Positions 29,225 to 39,646 are shown, counted from the stretch's first letter. The stretch: 64,000 bases of DNA from a bacterium (GCA_016930535.1 JAFGGN010000041.1:88708-152707), one strand, 5' to 3'. Numbers and translations: made by a program. The notes: a model not told the origin generated them from the letters alone.

Positions 29225-29366
29225 GGAGAGTGAAGCGGAGAACCGGAGATGGGGAGAGACGGAGAAAAAAACCAGGATCTTTCTCCGTTTCACCGTTTCT
29301 CACATCACCGTTTCACTCTCCTCATCAATGATCCTTCAGACCCAAAGACCCAATGGACCCTTTTGA
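29225..29366 (+). repeat. Copy R2 of the composite interspersed repeat (short form)
   Basis: It contains GTGAAGCGGAGAACCGGAGATGGGGAGAGACGGAGAAAAAAA ... TTTCTCCGTTTCACCGTTTCTCACATCACCGTTTCACTCTCC ... CAGACCCAAAGACCCAATGGACCC ... TCCGTTTCACTCTCC. Confidence 0.8.
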
Positions 29367-29464
29367 CTTCTCCGTTTCACTCTCCATGTACTGCGAATCT
29401 ATCCATATAAAAAAAGGAGGCAACATCCCTGCCGCCTCCTTTTTTCTTACAGCATGACCTGATG

Positions 29465-30673
29465 CTATCTGCCGTAATGAGGGGCCCCTTCCTGACCTAT
29501 ATCCAGCCTGTATACATTTTTATCCGCCTGTGCCTGGACATCACAGTATATGTACAGGTAATTGTCCTGCCCCCAGTCCAGCATGGTCACGGGACTGGGA
29601 ATCATGCCTTTATAAAGAGGCAGAATGGTTCCGCCGGACACTTTGACCACTGGCTGTTCATGATCGCTTGCGATGAACAGGGTGCCGTCCGAGGCAAACT
29701 CGAGATCCGTGGGTATCGCTTCGCCGTATATCGTTTCGCTCCAGTTGAAAAACAGCTGTTTGGCCGAAACGGTGCCGTTGCCCGTAATGCCGTTCTTCCA
29801 GACTGCCACAGCCGGTACGGATTCATCATCTCCATCGTACTGGGCCAGTACATACACGGCATTATCATATACACGGATCGCCAGACAGTTAAAGGATGAA
29901 TAGTCGTCCGCAACCGAAATATCATCGGGAGATTTCATGACCAGCAACCCCTCACCATTGCCGCCCACCCAGGCGTTTCCGTCCTGGTCATAATCGAACA
30001 CACTCATGCTGGCCGGGAAGGTGACATAGGCTTCCTCCGTGGCCGTTTCGATCGTGAACTTGTACATGGCCGGGTTATTCTCACGGATATAATACAGATT
30101 GCCGTCCGGACCGAAACGCATGCGGCCGATCGAACGCTGAGTAATCTCTGCCAGTGCTTCGTCCACATCACTGCCGGCGGCCCGTCTGTGCATGGTCCTG
30201 TCTCGTGTGATCCAGTAGAAATTGCCCGCATTGTCGATGCCCATTGCCCTGAGATTGCCGGCGTCAAAACCGCCTTCCGTGAAATTTTCCACCACGGCAG
30301 TGACACCGTAGGGGCTGAACCGGGCAATCTGCAGCGCACCCGGCACCACGACCTTGATTGTCACCTGGTCGCTCACGATATTGGGCCTCAACACGACCAG
30401 TTGCTGTCCGGATTCCGCGATCAGCTCGGCGGCGACATTGTTGAAATAGACCAGATTGGCTCCGGCCACGTTGCTGAAATTGGATCCCTGAATTTCAATT
30501 TCATTCACACCTCCTGCAGCCGAACCGCCTGGTGTCACCTGCGAAATCGCCGGATCGGGTGCGTTTCCCGTGGCATCCGCATCCCATAATGTGGTCGGCG
30601 CATCGTATTCACATCCGGCCATCACCAGAAGCAGAACAACGCAAATGATTCCGGTCTTTATGATGGATTTCAT
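29465..30673 (-). CDS. Lipoprotein with an IPT/TIG-like domain and a beta-propeller (hypothetical)
   Basis: The lipobox signal reads 'MKSIIKTGIICVVLLLVMAGCEYD', with its start at 30673. The IPT-like block reads 'VTPGGSAAGGVNEIEIQGSNF'. Propeller-like repeats follow. Confidence 0.5.
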   Translation of the reverse strand: MKSIIKTGIICVVLLLVMAGCEYDAPTTLWDADATGNAPDPAISQVTPGGSAAGGVNEIEIQGSNFSNVAGANLVYFNNVAAELIAESGQQLVVLRPNIVSDQVTIKVVVPGALQIARFSPYGVTAVVENFTEGGFDAGNLRAMGIDNAGNFYWITRDRTMHRRAAGSDVDEALAEITQRSIGRMRFGPDGNLYYIRENNPAMYKFTIETATEEAYVTFPASMSVFDYDQDGNAWVGGNGEGLLVMKSPDDISVADDYSSFNCLAIRVYDNAVYVLAQYDGDDESVPAVAVWKNGITGNGTVSAKQLFFNWSETIYGEAIPTDLEFASDGTLFIASDHEQPVVKVSGGTILPLYKGMIPSPVTMLDWGQDNYLYIYCDVQAQADKNVYRLDIGQEGAPHYGR

Positions 30674-30828
30674 GGTTTGCTCCTTTTTAATTTGAAATGC
30701 TGCCCGATCCTGATAATTCCCTCTCCGCCTCAGGCGGAAGGGAATAAGGTATCGGCAACACATCTTCATCATCTTTAATCTTTTATCTTTGTTCTTTGTT
30801 CTTTAATCTTGCCTCTTTAATCTTGCTT

Positions 30829-31851
30829 TTACATAGAAAATCTGGCCGTCATTCTCTGGACCTTGTCGAACACGCCGAACGGCGTGTATGCATAATCCAG
30901 CTGCAGCCCGTACTGGGTGACGCCCACACCGAAACTGACATTGTCTTCGTCGTTGTTCGTGACATATCCGCATCGAAGTGACAGCATGTTCATCAGTGTG
31001 TAATCGAGTCCCACGATCACCTGTTCGGGGTGAGACCGGTAATGCGTGGCATCCACGGACAGAAGCAGGCTCTGCATACCGCCTTCCGGCTGAATGAAAT
31101 CCAGAAGATTCATGGAGGCGCCGATGGTGAAAACCAGGGGCAGCTGAAATCCCTCTTCCGCATACTCGATTTCCTTTGAAAAGTGCCGGACGGACATACC
31201 GAAAATCAGGCTCTTGTAACCGGTTTTGAACAGGGTGCCGAAATCGAAGGACATGGGACTCAGATCGTTTTCGATCGTGATTGTATCCCCGTCCACCTCG
31301 TACTCCGCCGAGGGCAGGTAGGAGCTGCCGAGATTCTGCGTGACCCAGCGTACCTGTCCGCCCACACTGAACTGTGTGGACAGGGCCTTGGCATATCCGA
31401 CACCGATGGCCCTGGCCTCCGGAGTGATAGGATCGATGTCCCGATACCCGTCCGTGTTGCCGGACCAGATCGTTGCTTCCACCTCCCCGTAATCCACGTC
31501 CTGAACCGAGATTCCCAGCACGCCCCATTTCCCGCCGGCCGGATCCGGATTAAACGCCAGGCTGAACGTATTGTGGCCGATATCCGCGATCCAATCGTTC
31601 CTGCTAGCTGAAATATCGAGCATGGTCGTCATATGGGCCATGGCCGCAGGATTGAAGAAAAGGGCGCTCGAGCCCATGTCCAGACTGTTTACGGCACCGG
31701 CCAGACCCGCTGCCCTGGCATCGGAAATGACGCTCAGAAACTGGAATCCGGTCTGGGCCAGTTTTTTATTATCCGCGGACAGTCCCCGGGATGTCATCCC
31801 CAGAATTGCGCCCGCGGCGAAAATGGCTACCCAATATCTTTTCATATTCAT
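30829..31851 (-). CDS. PorV (LptO)-like T9SS outer-membrane shuttle protein
   Basis: A signal peptide is present. It reads 'ARAAGLAGAVNSLDMGSSALFFNPAAMA', the PorV N-terminal motif. The protein is about 340 aa and ends in an aromatic-rich barrel. Confidence 0.55.
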   Translation of the reverse strand: MNMKRYWVAIFAAGAILGMTSRGLSADNKKLAQTGFQFLSVISDARAAGLAGAVNSLDMGSSALFFNPAAMAHMTTMLDISASRNDWIADIGHNTFSLAFNPDPAGGKWGVLGISVQDVDYGEVEATIWSGNTDGYRDIDPITPEARAIGVGYAKALSTQFSVGGQVRWVTQNLGSSYLPSAEYEVDGDTITIENDLSPMSFDFGTLFKTGYKSLIFGMSVRHFSKEIEYAEEGFQLPLVFTIGASMNLLDFIQPEGGMQSLLLSVDATHYRSHPEQVIVGLDYTLMNMLSLRCGYVTNNDEDNVSFGVGVTQYGLQLDYAYTPFGVFDKVQRMTARFSM

Positions 31852-31880
31852 TTTCCTGTTTTTGAATGTGATGCCCATAA

Positions 31881-34013
31881 TTACCGAATAACGATGAACT
31901 TTTTGGTGATTGAATCGCCTTTTTGAACCGATTTGCCGGAGGCTTCGTCGATGGCACTCTCCGTGGCTTCGACATAGGCGATATACAGCCCGCTCACAAG
32001 TATCTGATTAGAATCGGTTGTGCAGTCCCACTTTTCATCACCGCTTCCGTCCACATGGTTCAGGGTCTTGATCAGATCTCCCCGTTCGGTATAAATCCTG
32101 ATGGTACATTTGGGCGGCAGGTTGAAAAATGCGATTCGGTCGTCCGCATTGGGAAACTGAAGCACGCGCGCCCGGATATGAAACGGATTGGGTACGATTC
32201 GTATGGCGTTCAGATCCATTCTGGCCTGTCTGCGCAGGTAGGCCGGTGCATTGGTCATCGTATAATACTTGCTGCTGCAAAGCGGAACACCCGGTTCCTC
32301 GATATTCGCGGAGCCGTCGTCCTTGGACTGAATATAATAATAGTAATCCACCGAACGTAAAGCGGTCATGTCTTCGAATTCATGTACCGCATCGCCTCGG
32401 TCACAGGAAAATATCTCGGTGTAGAACGTATCGGGTTTGCCGACGGCCCGGAAGATCCGGTATCCGTCGAAAACCGGCCATGCCGTGGCATTGTCCGCCC
32501 AGCTCAGGAGAATGCGGTCGCCGCCCGACCGGACTTCGAACGTGGCCGGAGGAGGCGGCGGCTGTGGAATCTGATAGCCGCTGTTGAAGTTGTCCAGGGC
32601 ACGGTGATAGGTCTGCATGATGGAATCCCTGGCCGTGAAAACCCAGGCTTTTTTATAGGCATTGCGGTCATTCGTGGTCGTTCCGTCAGGCATGTCGAAC
32701 GGCTTCGCATCCATATACCAATTGGTACCGACTTCCTGGCTCTTTTTGCGGCACAGTCCGGCCACGGCCTCGGCGATCACGATACGCACACTGTCGCCGG
32801 GTCCCAGCGTATAGGGACCGTACCCGACACTCTGTATATAACCGCCCGCATCCGTACCGAATTGATCCGCAAAAGAATCCCCCATCTGTTCGGCCTGGTC
32901 CCCGTCCGCAGGATGGCCGATCAGAATGATCTCATACTGGGCCGCCATTCTTTCGGCATTGTAGGAATCGATCGAAGAGGTAATGGCCGCATCCGAACCC
33001 ATAAACGGCGTGGACCTGGGCTGTGCAGGATCGTCTGATGGATCATTGGGCCCCCTGTCCGCATGCATAGTGGCAATGCCGACAAAGGCCGGAGCGCCGA
33101 GCACGGACGGCCTGTCAGGCCTGGGAGCTCCCCAGTCTTCCTCATACCCGATACTGCCCGAATGGGGTCCGTAATAGGAATAAAATCCGCGCAAGTCGAA
33201 ACCGGGCGCATTGGGGTCCTCACCGAATACATCGCTCACCGTGTTTCGTCCCCAGCCGACATTTCCGCTCGCGCCCCACCCCGTAAACCGGGTCGCTTCC
33301 CAGCCCGGCGTGTGCCGGTACAGGAACTGCAGATACACGCCGGTCAGTGTTCTCTCTATGGGATCCTCGTCCGGATCATAGATGCCCGTATTCTTGATGG
33401 TATACTCATAGATATGGTAGTTGTTGTGATACTGCTGGCTGAATGCCATGATCCTGCGTGTCACCGTGGCGCCCACATTCGTGTGAAGCACACCCACAAT
33501 CATACGGTCCGCCAGCAGTTCCGGATCTTCCTCGTCCACCTGATCGTTCAGAAAATTGTCCGTGGCCACATCCCCGTCCACCACCACGATCGGCGCCTTG
33601 AACCGGCCGACCATCTTGAATTCGGCAGGCATAAAATTGGTCAGGTTGTTGGCATACCGGGGACCCGTCTGCACCACTTTATAGGCGTAGAACTCCCCGG
33701 AAACCGGATCCTGGAAATCCGTGGTTGCCAGCCAGGTGCCTTTGGCCGCATTCCGGTCCGTATTCTGAAACATGGCTTCCCAGTACATATTGTCCGCCTG
33801 ATCCGTGGCTTCGCAGCAGGCGCGTCCCCGGCGGCCGTATTCGACCTCGGCTCCCGAATTGGAATACCATGTATGCAGATCTCCCACGCGGAGCCACCGG
33901 ATTTCATGTGCACCGATGACTTCCTGGGCGATCGAATGGCCGCATACCAGAAAAACACAGCATGCCATGACCATTTTCACGGTCGTGAGGCTGATTCGAT
34001 TCAAAAGTTTCAT
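31881..34013 (-). CDS. Secreted 710-aa hypothetical protein with a T9SS C-terminal sorting domain
   Basis: A signal peptide is present. The C-terminus reads 'IVPNPFHIRARVLQFPNADDRIAFFNLPPKCTIRIYTERGDLIKTL...SGLYIAYVEA...KKFIVIR', like a T9SS CTD. I recognise no catalytic family. Confidence 0.5.
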   Translation of the reverse strand: MKLLNRISLTTVKMVMACCVFLVCGHSIAQEVIGAHEIRWLRVGDLHTWYSNSGAEVEYGRRGRACCEATDQADNMYWEAMFQNTDRNAAKGTWLATTDFQDPVSGEFYAYKVVQTGPRYANNLTNFMPAEFKMVGRFKAPIVVVDGDVATDNFLNDQVDEEDPELLADRMIVGVLHTNVGATVTRRIMAFSQQYHNNYHIYEYTIKNTGIYDPDEDPIERTLTGVYLQFLYRHTPGWEATRFTGWGASGNVGWGRNTVSDVFGEDPNAPGFDLRGFYSYYGPHSGSIGYEEDWGAPRPDRPSVLGAPAFVGIATMHADRGPNDPSDDPAQPRSTPFMGSDAAITSSIDSYNAERMAAQYEIILIGHPADGDQAEQMGDSFADQFGTDAGGYIQSVGYGPYTLGPGDSVRIVIAEAVAGLCRKKSQEVGTNWYMDAKPFDMPDGTTTNDRNAYKKAWVFTARDSIMQTYHRALDNFNSGYQIPQPPPPPATFEVRSGGDRILLSWADNATAWPVFDGYRIFRAVGKPDTFYTEIFSCDRGDAVHEFEDMTALRSVDYYYYIQSKDDGSANIEEPGVPLCSSKYYTMTNAPAYLRRQARMDLNAIRIVPNPFHIRARVLQFPNADDRIAFFNLPPKCTIRIYTERGDLIKTLNHVDGSGDEKWDCTTDSNQILVSGLYIAYVEATESAIDEASGKSVQKGDSITKKFIVIR

Positions 34014-34048
34014 ACTTGCTCCTTTAATTGATGCGGTGCGTGCCGCAT

Positions 34049-37000
34049 TTAATTCAGATCAAAGCTCAGTTTGACGCCGAAGAACCACTGCCTGGGATTC
34101 AGGAAATTGAACGAGGTCTGGTTGGGCATGTCGATATAGGCCTTGTCCTCCAGCACCTTGTCCATGCGTGCCTTGTCCACCGGAACCCATGCATTGTCGA
34201 CGTATTCCATATAGCGGCCCCACTGTTCTTCGTAATAAATCACGCCGTCCAGGGGATTGGGTTCGTTTTCCACACTGTAACGCTGTTCGATGGGCTGAAA
34301 CGTCACATTGTCCTTGCGGTAATCTCCGGGACGGTCATGGCCGGGAATATTATCCCAGTCGTCGCTTTCGGGCAGATGCAGGGATTTCATATAGTATTCA
34401 TAGTCGAAATAATCATAGAATCCGGCACCCGAAAGACGTTTGGTGCCGAACAGATTGTCCACATCCGCGAACAGGGTCAGCGTGACCTTTTTCATGGGAA
34501 TGGTCTTGTTGATGCGCAGCGTAAAATTATGATAATCGCGCACCTGAATGTTGTCGTAGATATCCATCTGATTGGACGGATTCCAGTCGATCCAGTCACC
34601 GGCCTTCCAGTTGTATATCATGCTCATGGTCCAGTTGTTCGTCGGATTGAATCCCAGTATATGCATGCCGAAATCAGGCGGGGTCCTGAAAACCAGGTTC
34701 ACCCTGGCATAGGGCCTGGGCAGCGGCTTACCCTGGTAGAGGTTCCGGGTCAGCTCGTTGTACTGCCGCTGTTCGGAAGGATTCTCGAACACATTGCGCG
34801 TACCGAAATACCCGTATGTGTTGACCTGATAGGTATAATTCGCAAATCCCGTGAACCAGCGTCCGCTCTGCTTCCGGAGCGTCAGCTCGAATCCGCGTAT
34901 GTCTTCATAGTTGTTGTTGCTGCTCGTCTGATAAATCACGGATCCGTCGGCACTGGTATAATTCGTGAAGGTCTGCTGATCCGTGATGTCATGATAGAAT
35001 GCCGCGGCCTGAATCAGGAAAGAATTGAGCAGCATGTGATCGTATCCCAGTTCATACGAAACGGTTTTTTCCATTTCCAGATTGGGATCGCCGTAATTCT
35101 GCATGCCGCCCGTGACCGTGCGGCTGATACGAAGCAGCTCTTCGTATGTGGGCAGCTGCTTGAAATGGCCGTAATTGAAAAACAGCTTGGAATTCTCGGA
35201 GATCGGATGCGAGATGCCGAGACGCGGGCTCAGGGACCATTTCATTTCCGATTTGATCGTCGTGTAATCCGCATTCGGATCGTAACGCGTGGACAGATAA
35301 TCCTTGTCGAACGGCGTGCTGCCGATATCGACCCATTCGGTATTCGCATCGCTGAAATCCAGTCTCAATCCGAGATTCAGGATAAATCCCCTGGCCTCGA
35401 GTTTGTCCTGTACGTAGAGGGCGCCCTGAATCGGGAAGTTATGCTCCCGGTTGAAGATGGTCTTGCTCGTAAAACTGTTGACCTGTCCCCAGTCCAGTTT
35501 CAGGTCATGATAGGCCAGCTCGGCGCCTGCTTTGACCAGGTTGTTGAAATTGACCTGGCTTGTCAGATCGATTTTCAGTTTCGTGGATGAAATTTCGCTG
35601 GAATCACGGGCCTCTCCGGTATGACCGCCATGAAACGGCTCCGGATCGCCGATGGCATTCTCGGACAGGGGGCTCCAGCCGTTGGGCGCCTCGGTCACCC
35701 AGTAGCCGGGCACGATTTCCTGAATGAGCGAATCGCTGCGCAGGCCGATCGGGCCGGTTGCATATTTTCTGGACACATGTTCCAGGCTGACCTCGTAAAA
35801 GGTTTCCGGGTTAAGTGTATGCGTCAGTTTCGCCCCGATGGACCGGTGGCTGACCCTGGCGTTGTTGTACCAGCCGTCGTTGAAAATGCGGCCGGAGCGC
35901 TTCTCTGCCGTAATCTTCGCGATTTCTTCGGGCGTACGGATAAACGTGGTCGGCGTCCAGATCACGGTCGGCCTGGCATCATTCGGACCGAATTCCGTGG
36001 TCAGGTAAATTTCATCCCCGTCATTGATGGCCACATTGTAACTGTTGCCCATTAACCCCGTCACGGTCAGTTTCATGGAGGGGCTGATATCGGATGCCAG
36101 CTGGAAACTGCCTGAATTGGTCAGATAATCATCCCGTGTCAGGGGAATGAGCAGCATTTCACGTTCGCGCTGATAACTGCCGAAAAACCGGAGATCGCCC
36201 AGCATGCCGCCGACCACGGGAACCGGACCGCCGATACCCAGGTCGATGTTGTAATCGGGCTGATCGTTCACCTCGACACGCCGGTGCTCCCATTTGTACA
36301 GTTTCTGGGCCGCTTCCGGTGACAGATCGTTGCCGGGATCCGAATCTTCCAGAAGCCCCTGTGAGATGCTGTTCCAGCCTTCGAAAGTCGGATATTGCCG
36401 CTGCGTATATATGTCCCATGCACCGTTCTGCGTGCCCGTCCAGCAGACGGCGTCGTCCAAATAAGGCCGGTTCCACATGGAGTTGGCATCGAAGGGGGAA
36501 ACCCCGAAGTACTTGGCAGTCGGCGGGCTGGCCTTGGTACTGATCGAACCGTGATAGCCGGATTTGCTGCCCTCCTTGGTCACAACATTGATGAGACCGG
36601 CCCGGACCTGTCCGTATTCCGCGTTGAAACCGCCGCGCTCGACCGAGATTTCCTGAATGGCGCTCATGGCGATGCCCGTGATCGGCTGATTGTTTCTCGG
36701 ATCCCGCATGGTGAAGCCATCGATCTGAAACAGGGTTTCCCTCGGATCCCCGCCGCGGATAATCAGGCCGTCTTCCACACCGGCCTGCAGCTCGACCACC
36801 TGGTCCACATTGACCACGGGCATCAGGGCCACTTCCTGGGTTGAAAACGAGGCCACACTGGTCGCCACATCGCGTTTGACACCGCCCCGTTCCGCCACGA
36901 TCGTGACGGCTTCGCCCTGAAGCGCCTCCATACTCAGATCAAAATCGACCTGGGCGGTCTGATCGATAAACACGCGCACCTGGGTCGCATTGACTTTGGC

Positions 37001-37252
37001 ATAACCAATCACAGATGCCGTCACCGAATATACACCGGGCGGCACCTGGAGAATCGTGAAATTGCCGTCTATGTCCGATGCCGCACCGAATCCGGTTCCG
37101 GCCACAAGGACATTGGCGCCGGGAATGGGATCTCCGGTCGACTGATCCGTCACCTTTCCCGCAATTTTACCTGTGGTTCCCGCAAAACCTGCCGATATAA
37201 ATATCAGCATGAATATTGAGAACAGCACAATCCACGTTCTTCTTCTACTCAT
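34049..37252 (-). CDS. SusC/RagA-like TonB-dependent receptor with an N-terminal carboxypeptidase-regulatory-like domain (1067 aa)
   Basis: A signal peptide is present. It reads 'GKIAGKVTDQSTGDPIPGANVLVAGTGFGAASDIDGNFTI' (CarbopepD_reg). The plug reads 'IIRGGDPRETLFQIDGF...NVVTKEG'. It has a large barrel and a C-terminal 'LSFDLN'. Confidence 0.8.
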   Translation of the reverse strand: MSRRRTWIVLFSIFMLIFISAGFAGTTGKIAGKVTDQSTGDPIPGANVLVAGTGFGAASDIDGNFTILQVPPGVYSVTASVIGYAKVNATQVRVFIDQTAQVDFDLSMEALQGEAVTIVAERGGVKRDVATSVASFSTQEVALMPVVNVDQVVELQAGVEDGLIIRGGDPRETLFQIDGFTMRDPRNNQPITGIAMSAIQEISVERGGFNAEYGQVRAGLINVVTKEGSKSGYHGSISTKASPPTAKYFGVSPFDANSMWNRPYLDDAVCWTGTQNGAWDIYTQRQYPTFEGWNSISQGLLEDSDPGNDLSPEAAQKLYKWEHRRVEVNDQPDYNIDLGIGGPVPVVGGMLGDLRFFGSYQREREMLLIPLTRDDYLTNSGSFQLASDISPSMKLTVTGLMGNSYNVAINDGDEIYLTTEFGPNDARPTVIWTPTTFIRTPEEIAKITAEKRSGRIFNDGWYNNARVSHRSIGAKLTHTLNPETFYEVSLEHVSRKYATGPIGLRSDSLIQEIVPGYWVTEAPNGWSPLSENAIGDPEPFHGGHTGEARDSSEISSTKLKIDLTSQVNFNNLVKAGAELAYHDLKLDWGQVNSFTSKTIFNREHNFPIQGALYVQDKLEARGFILNLGLRLDFSDANTEWVDIGSTPFDKDYLSTRYDPNADYTTIKSEMKWSLSPRLGISHPISENSKLFFNYGHFKQLPTYEELLRISRTVTGGMQNYGDPNLEMEKTVSYELGYDHMLLNSFLIQAAAFYHDITDQQTFTNYTSADGSVIYQTSSNNNYEDIRGFELTLRKQSGRWFTGFANYTYQVNTYGYFGTRNVFENPSEQRQYNELTRNLYQGKPLPRPYARVNLVFRTPPDFGMHILGFNPTNNWTMSMIYNWKAGDWIDWNPSNQMDIYDNIQVRDYHNFTLRINKTIPMKKVTLTLFADVDNLFGTKRLSGAGFYDYFDYEYYMKSLHLPESDDWDNIPGHDRPGDYRKDNVTFQPIEQRYSVENEPNPLDGVIYYEEQWGRYMEYVDNAWVPVDKARMDKVLEDKAYIDMPNQTSFNFLNPRQWFFGVKLSFDLN

Positions 37253-38285
37253 ACTTTCTTCCTCCTGTTGACGATTTTTTTAAAGTTGATTCCCGAACGA
37301 CGAGTTCTGTTTTAAGCACGTATTTCTTGAGCCGGTAGGTTCTCTGTTTCTGCTGGATGAGACGGTGCAGGACATTCATCGCTTCCTGACCGATTTCATA
37401 CGTAGGCTGCCGTACCGTGGTCAGCGGCGGATCCAGAAGCGATGCAATGTTGCTGTCGCTGAATCCGGCCAGCGCCACATCGTCCGGAATTCTGTAGCGA
37501 TGCTCACGCAGACGCTGAAACACGCCGTAGGCAACCGGATCGGTGACCGCAAAAATCGCATCCGGAAACTGCGGACACTGTTCCTGGAGCCGGTTGAATC
37601 CAGACAGGCCGTCTTCCTCATTGAGTCCGCCTGTAACGACCAGGGCGGGATCGAACGGCATGCCCGCCTCTTTCAGTGCATCCCGGTATCCGTCGAGCCG
37701 CTGTTTTCCAATACTGAGATATTCCGGACCGGCAAGATGGGCGATGCGCCGGTACCCGGTATCGATCAGGTGCCGGACCAGCTGATAGGCGCCGTCATAA
37801 TCATCGACCACAACCTGGCTGACCGGAATTTCGTCACAACCGCGGTCAAAAAAAACGATGGGTATGTCTTTATCCACAAGCTGAAGAAAATGATCGTAAT
37901 TCTTGGTGGCCTTGGAGATGGATACCAGAAAACCCGCGGCACGCTGGGCCATAACCGCCTTCACGTTCAGGACCTCGCGTTCATAGGTTTCATTGGATTG
38001 AAAAATCATCACGGAGTATCCTGCATTGTAGGCCACATCCGCAATACCGCTCATCACGGTCGCAAAAAAATCATGCTTCACCTGGGGAACGATCACGCCG
38101 ATCAGATTCGTGCGGTTCCTCTTCAGGCTCTGGGCGATCGCGTTGGGATGGTAATCCAGTTCATCCGCCATGGCGATCACACGCCGTTTGGTCTCCGTGC
38201 TGATATCCGGATGGTTGCGCAATGCGCGTGAGACCGTGGAAACCGAAATATTCAGCCGGGACGCAATGTCTTTGATTGTGATCAT
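37245..38285 (-). CDS. LacI-family transcriptional regulator
   Basis: The HTH reads 'MITIKDIASRLNISVSTVSRALRN'. A periplasmic-binding-fold effector domain follows. It overlaps the receptor start by 8 nt. Confidence 0.85.
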   Translation of the reverse strand: MITIKDIASRLNISVSTVSRALRNHPDISTETKRRVIAMADELDYHPNAIAQSLKRNRTNLIGVIVPQVKHDFFATVMSGIADVAYNAGYSVMIFQSNETYEREVLNVKAVMAQRAAGFLVSISKATKNYDHFLQLVDKDIPIVFFDRGCDEIPVSQVVVDDYDGAYQLVRHLIDTGYRRIAHLAGPEYLSIGKQRLDGYRDALKEAGMPFDPALVVTGGLNEEDGLSGFNRLQEQCPQFPDAIFAVTDPVAYGVFQRLREHRYRIPDDVALAGFSDSNIASLLDPPLTTVRQPTYEIGQEAMNVLHRLIQQKQRTYRLKKYVLKTELVVRESTLKKSSTGGRKYE

Positions 38286-38315
38286 CGATTTTTCGGAATT
38301 TTATGGATGAATTGC

Positions 38316-38335
38316 AAACGTTTCCGATAACGTTA
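38316..38335. promoter_or_regulatory. Two CG-centred palindromes (AAACGTTT at 38316-38323, TAACGTTA at 38328-38335): candidate LacI-type operators
   Basis: They lie 30-50 bp upstream of the lacI start, in a 490-bp divergent intergenic region. LacI-family operators are AT-flanked CG-centred palindromes. Confidence 0.35.
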
Positions 38336-38776
38336 CCGAAAACGATTGTAATATAACTGATATTCGCTGAATGTCAAGTAAAAAATGCACGCATGAAAAT
38401 AATTCATTCTTTTTCGATGATCGGCCAGCCTCCCCATATCGCATCCATGCCGGATGTCCGCCAAAAATCGGCCACTGTTGGCGTTAATTTGTCCATATGG
38501 AAAACGCAATTTTCACCGGCCGTCTGGACGCCGGATCCAAGCCGGACCGGAACCCTGAAGGGGACAAATCCGATTAAACCCTTATAATCAAAAGATATAT
38601 CATATGATTAAAAACAGCCTCCGGATTCCCAATGGCAATCGTTCATCGATCGTGTTTTTAAAATCAGCGCCGATTAAATTAAGAAACTGTCACAACCCCT
38701 GTCACGGGTTTGGTTCTTGCATCCTGCACCTGTAAAGCGGCGATAACTTCATGGAAGTTGAGTAAGGAGGAAGAAG

Positions 38777-39646
38777 ATGAAACGCGGAATCATGATACTG
38801 ATCTTATTACCCTGCCTGATCCATGCACAGGACATATGCGGGATTTTCAATAATTCCATTATCATTCAGAACGGCCGTGACATCGGGCCCGTGGGTGATG
38901 TCAGGTGGGTCGTGCGCGAGACGCGGACCGGCTTCATGTCAATAGGGCAGGTTAAAATCAAGGAACGTTTTGAAGACATGGTGATCGCCACAGTTGTTTA
39001 TACAAAAGCGGGATACCAGATATCCGTCGGTGATCTGATCGCCACGGAAGAGGAAGAAATGGCATCGGACCTGACCATTATACAGCACGTCCAAACGAAC
39101 AGGGCGCTGAATGCCGGCGCGGGCATAAGTCCCGGCAACGTATTCATGGAAAGATCCGATCCATTCCGGCGGCTGCGGTTCGGGCTCTCGGTCGGCACAT
39201 TGCTGCCCTATCAGACACTGTACCAGAGAACCAATTATTCCTACCAGATCGGTCCGGTCATGCAGCTGGGATTCAATCCCAGATCCGCCGTACTGTTCGA
39301 CCTGATGGTTTCCGTGGCGGATGAACGAAGCCAGCCCAACCAGATCGCTCAGATCAACAATCAGTCCGTTGTCAATCTGAATGCATTGTACAGACAGGGT
39401 GTCTATCATTCGATTTTCATGGACGTGGGCGCCGGTGTCTATGTTCCGAAAGTGTCTGTTACAGCCACGCCCGAGCAGAGAAAAGTGAATTCACTCGAAT
39501 ACCATTACGGTGTCTGTGCCGGCCTGGCTATTCAGTGTATCCGGTCCAACGGGCTTTCCCTGTTCATCAATCCCAGGTATCATACATACCTGATGCGGAA
39601 CGAACTGGTCGAAAATGTATCGGTTGGCATGAATTTCATACTGTGA
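38777..39646 (+). CDS. Hypothetical secreted / outer-membrane protein
   Basis: A GGAGG ribosome-binding site is present. The signal peptide reads 'MKRGIMILILLPCLIHAQD'. The protein ends in '...MNFIL'. Confidence 0.5.
   Translation: MKRGIMILILLPCLIHAQDICGIFNNSIIIQNGRDIGPVGDVRWVVRETRTGFMSIGQVKIKERFEDMVIATVVYTKAGYQISVGDLIATEEEEMASDLTIIQHVQTNRALNAGAGISPGNVFMERSDPFRRLRFGLSVGTLLPYQTLYQRTNYSYQIGPVMQLGFNPRSAVLFDLMVSVADERSQPNQIAQINNQSVVNLNALYRQGVYHSIFMDVGAGVYVPKVSVTATPEQRKVNSLEYHYGVCAGLAIQCIRSNGLSLFINPRYHTYLMRNELVENVSVGMNFIL

Noticed and set aside
31881-34013. The 710-aa protein downstream of the SusC-like receptor as a SusD homolog
   Set aside because: It has no lipoprotein signal and no SusD-like TPR-rich sequence. 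It ends in a T9SS sorting domain, so it is a different kind of partner.
34028-35590. 520-aa and 322-aa plus-strand ORFs (33063..34031, 34028..35590) opposite the TonB receptor and the T9SS cargo gene
   Set aside because: They are antisense to genes with clear plug, barrel and CTD signatures. They have no ribosome-binding site and low-complexity composition.
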